Below, one piece after another: positions 15,063 to 22,160 of a DNA stretch of 32,000 bases; the stretch's first letter is position 1; each line of letters begins with the position of its first letter. The notes under the pieces are model-generated. The model ran no database searches. It was not told where the DNA came from and saw only the letters and a program-made list of their open reading frames with translations. Origin of the DNA: Pyrobaculum calidifontis JCM 11548 (lineage in GTDB: Archaea; Thermoproteota; Thermoprotei; Thermoproteales; Thermoproteaceae); NCBI RefSeq assembly GCF_000015805.1, contig NC_009073.1, forward strand, positions 690,001 to 722,000, given 5' to 3'. Made by a program: the position numbers and the translations under genes.

Positions 15063-16577
15063 TTACATATTCCCAATACTTGATGGTAAATAAAATATAT
15101 CATCTGCATTAGTAGTTAAGCCCCGTCGTATATCGATTATTTCGCCCAATAATATCAACCTATTATCATTATTATTTACAAAGTTCTCTACGAGATTTAA
15201 ATAGAGTTTTGGTCCTCTTAGTATGCCCAGTCTGCCTATTTTTGTCTCTATCTTTTCTATAAAATCTTTCTTTACTGTAACTACTCTATGCTTTTCGTTT
15301 TCGCATATGTTCAATTCTTTATTCTTAGCAACCGTGCAATTATCAAATTCATAATATAGTTCCATTATTCTCTTGTAATACTGCATGTTTGCCATGAAAT
15401 CGTTTGCAGGAGGGGGATCACCTATTAGTTCTCTAAGACTCTTCTTTAGAAAAACGAATCTCACGTCATAATTGCTCTGTGCTGTCATCTCAGCAATTAT
15501 TATGTTGGTTATTACCGCTGCGTCTTCAAACCATCTTTCAACCAGAGACTCAATGACATATTCGACACTGAAGTTTTTAAAAAGCCACTTCTTTAAGGGG
15601 GCCCCATATTCGGCATTGAGCCAAGAATTCTCAACAATAAAGCCTAATCTACCATTTTTCCTTAGTAATTTACCTCCTCTAACCAGAAAGTACGCGTAGA
15701 TTGATGCTCTCTCATCCCAGTTTTCAATATCTTTGACGTAATTTAATAAATTCTCTTTATATTGTTTATCATAAAATGCGAGAGCCATCTCTACTTGTTT
15801 AGTATAGGGGGGATTAGCCACAACGTACGCATAGTCTGAGCTGAGATTTATTTTAAAGAAATCATCGTGACATATTTTGGGTACATATTTGTATCCCTCT
15901 TTTATTTTTTCTAAGGCTTGTATGTAAAGATTTATCTTCGCAAGCATTGATGCTAATCTATCTATGTCAACTCCTTCTACGTATTCATATATAGGCATCT
16001 TCAATTTATCAAGCTCTGTACTATAGAAGATCTTCCAATAGTTTAGAGCTCTGACAAGGAAAGTACCAGAACCACATGCCGGGTCTAATAATTTATCGGG
16101 CTTGCCATATTTTTTAAATACGCCAGTAAGTATCAAATCTACGATTTTTGTATCTGTGTAATGTTGTCCTAGCAAGTGTCTACGTTCTTCATAAATGAGT
16201 CCTTCGAAGACTCTTCCTATAACGTCCACGCTTATATCGCTCCACTTTATCTGGTTGAGATACCTGACTATTTCCTTGAGCTTAGGAAGCGATGTGAGCA
16301 TAAAGGGTAGTCTATCTACAGTATTTACGCCGAAAATCTCTTCAAAGTCGCCTGTTTTACTTATAGCATAATTAAATAGCTCGTTAGCTATATTTTTAAA
16401 ATACTCCGGGTCTTGCGCATTCTCAATAGGCTTTATAGATTCTTGAAGTTTGGTTGCCATATCCGCATCAATACTTTGTAAAACTAGATAGAAGAGAAGT
16501 TTCATTGTAAAGGTATAAATTTGCTCCTTCAGAAGTAATTTGAGGAAATTGCGAAGCTCAGCGTCGTTTCTGGGCAT
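15063..16577 (-). CDS. gamma-class N6-adenine DNA methyltransferase, catalytic part (Eco57I/TaqI-like N-6 DNA methylase)
   Basis: Motif I LLDPACGSGTFLV and motif IV VVANPPYTKQ are in gamma order, and a downstream RRGLTTNADDIFYL block is present. The ORF ends in ...PSSIGNM*, while the coding signal continues in another frame. Confidence 0.85.
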   Translation of the reverse strand: MPRNDAELRNFLKLLLKEQIYTFTMKLLFYLVLQSIDADMATKLQESIKPIENAQDPEYFKNIANELFNYAISKTGDFEEIFGVNTVDRLPFMLTSLPKLKEIVRYLNQIKWSDISVDVIGRVFEGLIYEERRHLLGQHYTDTKIVDLILTGVFKKYGKPDKLLDPACGSGTFLVRALNYWKIFYSTELDKLKMPIYEYVEGVDIDRLASMLAKINLYIQALEKIKEGYKYVPKICHDDFFKINLSSDYAYVVANPPYTKQVEMALAFYDKQYKENLLNYVKDIENWDERASIYAYFLVRGGKLLRKNGRLGFIVENSWLNAEYGAPLKKWLFKNFSVEYVIESLVERWFEDAAVITNIIIAEMTAQSNYDVRFVFLKKSLRELIGDPPPANDFMANMQYYKRIMELYYEFDNCTVAKNKELNICENEKHRVVTVKKDFIEKIETKIGRLGILRGPKLYLNLVENFVNNNDNRLILLGEIIDIRRGLTTNADDIFYLPSSIGNM

Positions 16578-16652
16578 TTTAAACCCTCTTTCGCTAAACC
16601 ACCTATCAATAAGCTCCTTAACTTTAGCATTCCTCTTGTATTCGCTCTCAAG

Positions 16653-17798
16653 TTGTCCGACTCCATTAGAAGCACCCTCCTCAATAAGGCTCCTAAGAGT
16701 CTCAATAACCTCCTTGCTCAGATCGAGAGTCTTGCCGTCACAAAACTACTCTGGGGAAGAAACACCTCTGCTGTAAGAAGGCTAGCCGCCGCAACCTCCC
16801 TATTAAGACATTACAAGGTAATATACTTTGATACAGTGTTGTCTAGCTTTATAAAGGCAAATCTTCTAACTGAAGAGATCGGTGATGTAAAAAAACTATT
16901 TGAAATTATGGGCGAAAATGTAATAGCAATAATGGGGAGAGATCCACCTCGGGAGCCTAAAGAGGTAATGAACCTAATGGGGGAATTAGTTGCAAAAAGA
17001 GAATACGAGTTCCTAACAGCAGAAGAATACTTGCAAGATAATATAGACCTAAGCATTAGATGCATAAAGAATCTACATTGGGCGCTATGTCTTGGTGCTG
17101 TTTACCTATTAGAGAGACTTATAATAAAACATAGAGATAAAATTGGCGATATAGATATTAAAAGTTTAATAGAAGAATTAATCAAAAATCACGAATTAGT
17201 ATATAGATTCCCTATCCATCTATTTTCACAAATTAAAAAATTCGAACCAAGGGAACCATCTAGTTATTGGCAAAAAGTTTCTAATAAATACAGTGAGATT
17301 TATAATAAGCTTGAAAACACATATCTTAATACTAATGCGGCAAAATTTATAAAAGTGATAGAGGCGAGATATGTGGACAACAAATATAATAGCTACGAAG
17401 ACGTTTTAAAGAATACGTTTAGAGAAAGGGAAGATAAATACTATTATTATAGAGTCAATAAACCTACTGATACGTTTTATACGCAACTTTTGCAATTTAT
17501 GATAGGCTTTAGAGAGCTTGACACTTTTGATATAGAAGGCAAATGGTTCGCTCAAGGCGTACAATGGGAGGATTCGTTAGCAGAAATTAGAAGATGTCTA
17601 GAGTATATCAAAGGTAGAAAGAAAGCCGGGAAAGGTAGAAAGAAAGACGAGATAACTGAAAGAATCAATACATTTATGATGCGTATCTTCCCAAAAGAAA
17701 AAGATAAAAAGGACTTAGTAGCGGAGTGTGGAGAGAAATGTGCAAAAGCTCTAAAATATATGAAAAATTTTATGGAACTCATAGTGAAACAGCCCTAG
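16653..17798 (+). CDS. orphan hypothetical protein of the AT-rich island (helical, Lys-rich C-terminus)
   Basis: A 381-codon ORF in AT-rich DNA, where long ORFs are unlikely by chance. No motif recognised. The true start is probably downstream (GTG/TTG about 16834-16839 or ATG 16909), because the first 30 or so codons overlap a coding-looking minus-strand frame. Confidence 0.55.
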   Translation: MSDSIRSTLLNKAPKSLNNLLAQIESLAVTKLLWGRNTSAVRRLAAATSLLRHYKVIYFDTVLSSFIKANLLTEEIGDVKKLFEIMGENVIAIMGRDPPREPKEVMNLMGELVAKREYEFLTAEEYLQDNIDLSIRCIKNLHWALCLGAVYLLERLIIKHRDKIGDIDIKSLIEELIKNHELVYRFPIHLFSQIKKFEPREPSSYWQKVSNKYSEIYNKLENTYLNTNAAKFIKVIEARYVDNKYNSYEDVLKNTFREREDKYYYYRVNKPTDTFYTQLLQFMIGFRELDTFDIEGKWFAQGVQWEDSLAEIRRCLEYIKGRKKAGKGRKKDEITERINTFMMRIFPKEKDKKDLVAECGEKCAKALKYMKNFMELIVKQP

Positions 17799-18020
17799 TT
17801 AATAGTAGATATCTCATGGGGGGAATTCTTTGATATTTAAAAGCGGTGGACAAGGAGAATGTTTAAAGTGAGTGTAGAGAGGCCAAGTTATAACTACTTT
17901 GGCAATCTATTAGTTTCACTGGGGGCAAGAATTGCCGGATTTTAAAAGCTCACGCGTATCCCTGTTTGCGTCATGTCGTATCAAAAGTAGTTTTATATTA
18001 TGGTTATGTCACGGTGTAAT

Positions 18021-18863
18021 ATGAGTCTGCGTAGGCCAACTCTACGGGATGTAGTTGAGGTGTTGGAGTCTATAGCTCCGCCTAGTTTAGCTATGGAGGA
18101 GCACAGAAATAGGCTGGGCTTGGTGGTAGGTCCTCTCCACGGCCTTGAGGAAGTGGCCGTGGAGAGAATAGGCTTTTCTCTAAACCCCTCTATTAGGGCC
18201 ATTAGGGCGGCTGTGGAGAGGGGGGCGCAACTCCTAGTGGTACACCACGAGTACTTCCTCTTTCCCAGGGCGGAGGACTCTGCGCCAGTTATATACAGCT
18301 ATAGGGATAGAGTGCTTGAACTTCTGCGCAGGCACCGCCTCTACCTCTACGCCGCTCATACAAACTGGGATTTCGCCGAGGGAGGCAACTTTGACACACT
18401 AGCCCGCCTCCTGGGGCTTGAGGCTAGGCCGTTGCCTTTGAAGCTGGGAAACTTGGTGTTGAAAAAGGCGGTGTTAGCAGCAGAGCTTCCTCGTCCAATG
18501 AAGCTTAGGGAGCTGGCGCAGTACGTCAAAGAGAGGCTGGGCTTGAGGCACATAGCCTATGTCGACGGGGGTAGAGAGGAGGTGAGGAGAGTGGCCTTAT
18601 CGACGGGGGGCGGCTTCTTTGTAGATTTCGTGGTGCAGTTGGCGGACTTGGGGTTCGACGTCTACATATCGGGAGAGCTGTCTGAGGAAGCCGCAGAGGT
18701 GGCTAAAGACCTCGGCATAGGCCTAATAGCGGCTACTCACTACCAAACTGAGTACATAGGCATGGTTGAACTACGTAGGCGGACAGAAGAGGAGCTAAGG
18801 CGGAGGGGTTTACAGGCAGAAACCTTTGTCATAGACACAGGCGTGCCCTTTGAAATCACGTAG
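18021..18863 (+). CDS. NIF3-family (DUF34) dinuclear-metal-centre protein
   Basis: MSLRRPTLRDVVEVLESIAP...LVVHHE...AAHTNWD...ATHYQTE follows the NIF3 pattern of His/Glu metal ligands. ATG 18021 lies about 28 nt downstream of TTTTATATTA; the track start is 18000. Confidence 0.8.
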   Translation: MSLRRPTLRDVVEVLESIAPPSLAMEEHRNRLGLVVGPLHGLEEVAVERIGFSLNPSIRAIRAAVERGAQLLVVHHEYFLFPRAEDSAPVIYSYRDRVLELLRRHRLYLYAAHTNWDFAEGGNFDTLARLLGLEARPLPLKLGNLVLKKAVLAAELPRPMKLRELAQYVKERLGLRHIAYVDGGREEVRRVALSTGGGFFVDFVVQLADLGFDVYISGELSEEAAEVAKDLGIGLIAATHYQTEYIGMVELRRRTEEELRRRGLQAETFVIDTGVPFEIT

Positions 18864-19029
18864 TCTTCGTACGCGCCGTCTTGTCAAACTTCCAGTGAGG
18901 AACCACTAAGGCATTAGCTCGCTTTACGCTTCGTGTTCCTTTCCATAGTTCTACTGTTGATACTATAAATGCTACATTTAGCAATCTAATCTGCGGTATA
19001 TGCAATTAAGGCTAAATAAATTATCAACT

Positions 19030-19144
19030 TTTTCTAAAATCTTAAATTTTACCGTCAAGTATAACGGGATGGCGTCTTAGTCCATTTCGATGAAGACATT
19101 TTCAGCGCTAATGGCAAGAATTTTCTAAAACTTTCGTCAACTAT
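19030..19144 (+). repeat. imperfect direct repeat pair in the AT-rich spacer
   Basis: TTTTCTAAAAT...CGTCAAGTAT (19030-19062) and TTTTCTAAAAC...CGTCAACTAT (19121-19144). Confidence 0.6.
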
Positions 19145-19326
19145 TGACCCAGAAACAAACACCTTCTTACACTTGCAACAGCGTTAATCCACATCTAATG
19201 AAACTGGAGACGGCCCCTTGCCCCTACCTCATTAGGCACAGAGAGACGGACTAGCCGCCACCACATCACAAATACTTTCACTCTACTCCCCCTTTAACAA
19301 CATATACATTGGAAATTTAAAGTTTT

Positions 19327-19338
19327 AGAGAGCTCTCT
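19327..19338. promoter_or_regulatory. perfect 12-bp palindrome AGAGAGCTCTCT upstream of the first gene of the cluster
   Basis: It is self-complementary and lies about 30 nt upstream of the TATA-like ATTTTTAG (about 19366-19373), which is about 25 nt upstream of GTG 19392. Confidence 0.4.
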
Positions 19339-19391
19339 CTATGTAACATCTTGTAAGCATTAAGAATTTTTAGAGGCTTGTTCGTTGTGGC

Positions 19392-20075
19392 GTGGGTGGG
19401 AGGGATGTTGACCCGTGCATCTTCCTCTCTGTCCATGTGGAGGACTGGGTGGGGGCCTTCGGCGAGGCGATTGTGAAAGTAGCAAAGTGCATGAACATGT
19501 CCCTAGAAGAGTTGGTGTCCTACGTCGCACATTCCCCTCCGCAGGCCACGACCGTCGCCTCCCTCTTGTGCAAGGCGGCCAACTTCGGCCGGGTCTGTCA
19601 ATACGCTGTAACGGGCAGGCCAAGCGGCTACGCCAGACTGCAAGTGCCCTACGTCGATGTGGAACAGGATCCGCGGCTGTCGCGGAAGCTCGTGACGCTG
19701 TCCCCATGCGCCTTGGTGGACGCAGACTTGGCCGCCTCTAGGCGGTCTCTGCCGCCGTCCCGCTACCCTCCCAACAAGTGGAGGCTAGAGGCGCCGTTGA
19801 TATACCGCCTCGGGGGGATAAAGGCTCTTAGGGTAAGGCCGTGGGAGACCCTCCGCCGACTCCTCTGGGAGAGGGAGCCTTGGCTTGTTGAGCTGTACCG
19901 CGAAAAGGGCGTCGTGTACATCGCGAACCAAAGGTGGTGTTTTGGGAGGTGCCGCCGCCAAGTCCATCTGGCCGAGTGGCTTGTTTGGCTAGACACGGGG
20001 AGACTGGTGGGCGTCCCTGTGGAAACACGGCGTGTGTCCACGGAATTTAATTCCGTGGTCACCCGCGGTGGGTGA
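19392..20075 (+). CDS. hypothetical protein, first gene of the cluster
   Basis: 227-aa ORF with a GTG start about 25 nt downstream of a TATA-like box, exactly at the AT-to-GC transition. No secure motif. Confidence 0.5.
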   Translation: MGGRDVDPCIFLSVHVEDWVGAFGEAIVKVAKCMNMSLEELVSYVAHSPPQATTVASLLCKAANFGRVCQYAVTGRPSGYARLQVPYVDVEQDPRLSRKLVTLSPCALVDADLAASRRSLPPSRYPPNKWRLEAPLIYRLGGIKALRVRPWETLRRLLWEREPWLVELYREKGVVYIANQRWCFGRCRRQVHLAEWLVWLDTGRLVGVPVETRRVSTEFNSVVTRGG

Positions 20076-20085
20076 AGGCGGGGCC

Positions 20086-20835
20086 ATGGACGTGGCGGCG
20101 CTGAAGCTTGTCAAGCTGGCCGCCCTCGGCTGGGAGCTCCGTCTGTACCACGTGCCCCGGCGCTTCGACGAAAACGTGGCGAGGGCCCTTGTCAGGCCTG
20201 CGGCGGAGGTCAAGGCGGCTTGCGCCTCTCGCCACCTCCTCCTCTTCTACCTAGTGGAAGTGGGGAAGTACGCCTTTGCCTACGCCCTTGCGGACCCAAC
20301 GCTATTCCCCGGAAAGCAGGCTGGCCGCCTCAAGGCCGTTGACCCAGCCATATGCCCCACTGCCACTGTCGTAAAGAGGGGGGTGGAGGGACTGGCCTCC
20401 CTCTACGAGGCCGCGGTGCGCTTCGAGGGAGCGCCGCCAGCGGCGCTGAGCGTGACGCCACTCCTCATGTTCCCCACACTGTGCCAAAGGCCAACGCCGG
20501 CCCTAGAGCCGTTGTGCAAAAGAGCACAGGCGATAAGGGAGGTCATAAAGCGGCCAATTGCCCTAGAGCCGCTGGGCGGCAAGCCGCAGAACGGCGCGGC
20601 CGACGCCAGCCGCCTTGAAACAAACGATGTACAGAAGAGCGGCGCTGGCAGACAGAGGGGTAGCTCTGGTGTCGCAGAATTGGCCAGCGGCTCTGTTACC
20701 GCAGAGTCAGCAGGCGCCGCCGCTGACGGCGGCTCAGCCTCTAACGCCGTGTCTGCTGAACTGTGCGGTTGCCGCGTTGACGCTAGATGTCTGGCTTGGC
20801 TTTGCCGCGCCGTGTGTGGCTGTGGGGGAGTTTGA
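20086..20835 (+). CDS. hypothetical protein with an Ala/Gly/Ser-rich C-terminus
   Basis: ATG 20086 lies 10 nt after the previous stop (track start 20032). The last 80 or so codons are low-complexity and overlap ORF 20615..21154, so the real 3' extent is uncertain. Confidence 0.45.
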   Translation: MDVAALKLVKLAALGWELRLYHVPRRFDENVARALVRPAAEVKAACASRHLLLFYLVEVGKYAFAYALADPTLFPGKQAGRLKAVDPAICPTATVVKRGVEGLASLYEAAVRFEGAPPAALSVTPLLMFPTLCQRPTPALEPLCKRAQAIREVIKRPIALEPLGGKPQNGAADASRLETNDVQKSGAGRQRGSSGVAELASGSVTAESAGAAADGGSASNAVSAELCGCRVDARCLAWLCRAVCGCGGV

Positions 20836-21154
20836 GGTTTTGGATAGGCTCTGCTCATCCGGCCCAATTGCGCTGGCGAGGCTCTGCGCGGCCTTCGCCC
20901 TCTTGAAGGCCCTTGAGGGGGCGAGGGGAGGCTACGTGGTGGTTAGGGCCTCCCTAGCCAGGGGGGTCGTGGAGGAGTGGCGCGGAGGCGCCTTTAGGAC
21001 CGCCGTAGAGGAGGCCCTACCCCACGTGGTGAAGAGGGTTAGGGCGAGGCTGGGCAGAGGGCCGGTCAGAGTGGTAGAGGCCAAGATTGCCCTAGCCCAA
21101 CTCGTCGAAGAGGAACTGCTGAGGGTAGCGAGAAGGATGGGCCTTTGGGTTTAA
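20615..21154 (+). CDS. hypothetical protein; the helical C-terminal 110 aa may be DNA-binding
   Basis: The convincing part starts near GTG 20816/20822 (VGEFEVLDRLCSSGPIALARLCAAFALLKALEG...). The start could lie anywhere in 20615-20822. Confidence 0.45.
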   Translation: MKQTMYRRAALADRGVALVSQNWPAALLPQSQQAPPLTAAQPLTPCLLNCAVAALTLDVWLGFAAPCVAVGEFEVLDRLCSSGPIALARLCAAFALLKALEGARGGYVVVRASLARGVVEEWRGGAFRTAVEEALPHVVKRVRARLGRGPVRVVEAKIALAQLVEEELLRVARRMGLWV

Positions 21155-21177
21155 CTTCTCTCACACACAAGGAGGGC

Positions 21178-21762
21178 GTGATAGTCCAAGTCTGGCATTC
21201 AAAAGGAGGCACCGGCAAAACAACTGTAGCCACTTCGCTGGCCATAGCGCTGTCAAAGTCTTGGGGCCGCACACTCTACGTGGAGGTGGGCCCGGTGCCC
21301 GTGGGCGTGAAAATACTGGGCGTTGAGGCGGACGGCAAGGTGCACGAGGGCCGCGGCGATGTCCTTGCTGTGTACTTGGAGGACGACTCTCAACTTCCTC
21401 AGCTGTTGGAGAAAGTGGGCAACGACGTCATGGCCGTTGTCGTTGACTACCCGCCTTGCATTAAGCCGGGGGAGGGCGGCCTGCTTGTGCCAGTTGCGGA
21501 CTGGCTCTCCGCCTCGACGCTTGAGAAGACGAAGGCGAAGGTCGCGGTGTTGAACAAAGATAGGGGCTTTGAGTTCAAGCTGACAACGGCGTCTGAGGTG
21601 GTCAAGCTACCCTTCTCCTACGCCGTGGAGAGGGCTGTGGCGGAGTACGTCCCGCCGGTGCTTGTGAGGCCCGCCTCGCCTGAGCACAAGCAGTTTGTCG
21701 AGGGGATACGCCGCCTCGCAGACAGAGTCATCGAGCTGGCCGGCCTCAAGAGGGGGCCATGA
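21178..21762 (+). CDS. ParA/MinD/VirC1-family P-loop ATPase
   Basis: The N-terminus (V)IVQVWHSKGGTGKTTVATSLA carries the deviant Walker A KGGxGKT, and VVVDYPP is Walker B-like. GTG 21178 is preceded by GGAGGG; the track start is TTG 21145. Confidence 0.8.
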   Translation: MIVQVWHSKGGTGKTTVATSLAIALSKSWGRTLYVEVGPVPVGVKILGVEADGKVHEGRGDVLAVYLEDDSQLPQLLEKVGNDVMAVVVDYPPCIKPGEGGLLVPVADWLSASTLEKTKAKVAVLNKDRGFEFKLTTASEVVKLPFSYAVERAVAEYVPPVLVRPASPEHKQFVEGIRRLADRVIELAGLKRGP

Positions 21763-22160
21763 GACGTCTCATCGACGCGTCGGCGGCCGTGCTCTCGGCC
21801 GTCCTATCGCCTCTGCTGAAGAGGCGGGGGAGGGAGCCGCTGATTTACCGCCTTCTTCGCGAAGAGGAGAGGAGGTTCAAGAGGGAGTGGCGTAGGCCGC
21901 TCCGCATTACGGAGAAGTTCAAGCCCGGCTGGCGCGACCAAGAGGCCTGGCGCCTGGCGAAAATGTGCAAAAACGCCGACTCCTGCTACCCGAGGATACG
22001 CTACCTGCTGTATAAACACGGCCGCGCCGTTGTGGAGTGGCTCAACTCGCTGTCCCACAGACGCGTCGACATAGACGCCGCTGTGAGGGTGGCTGTGAAG
22101 TACAGCCTCAAGTCGAGGCAGGTGGAAGACTGCGTAAAGCTTGGCCTCTGCGAGGTATGA
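21759..22160 (+). CDS. hypothetical basic protein
   Basis: 133 aa, with ATGA overlaps at both ends (ParA-like gene upstream, ATPase gene downstream). Confidence 0.5.
   Translation: MRRLIDASAAVLSAVLSPLLKRRGREPLIYRLLREEERRFKREWRRPLRITEKFKPGWRDQEAWRLAKMCKNADSCYPRIRYLLYKHGRAVVEWLNSLSHRRVDIDAAVRVAVKYSLKSRQVEDCVKLGLCEV

Larger units (their letters stand above)
14040..17990. mobile_element. AT-rich horizontally acquired island (restriction-modification remnant); no integrase or transposase seen
   Basis: Composition changes abruptly at about 14040 and about 17990 (sample lines about 1/3 G+C inside, about 2/3-3/4 outside). The encoded proteins are K/N/I/Y-rich, unlike the flanks. Boundaries are approximate. 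Confidence 0.5.

Noticed and set aside
17914-17920. An additional GTTTCAC copy in the island/NIF3 spacer
   Set aside because: It is an isolated copy without the box-TATA layout seen in the copper cluster. A few chance occurrences of a 7-mer are expected in 32 kb.
19089-19131. Possible C/D-box sRNA (ATGAAGA ... TCAGC ... ATGGCAAGA ... CTAA)
   Set aside because: The box matches are imperfect: there is no RUGAUGA or CUGA pair in proper order and spacing, and no terminal stem.
19392-20075. HNH-like nuclease or integrase assignment for the first cluster gene (segment RRQVHLAEWLVWLDTGRLVGVP resembles HNH_3 'vHrlvw..G')
   Set aside because: The similarity is a single short stretch. The second His/Asn and the zinc-ligand pattern are absent, and there is no tyrosine-recombinase R..HxxR..Y pattern.
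20403-20867. 154-aa minus-strand ORF and other antisense ORFs inside the cluster (23527..24045 -, 22835..23140 -, 30030..30494 -, 31232..31742 -)
   Set aside because: All are antisense to coupled plus-strand genes, show biased composition (Pro/Arg/Ser/Ala) and have no promoter-like sequence.
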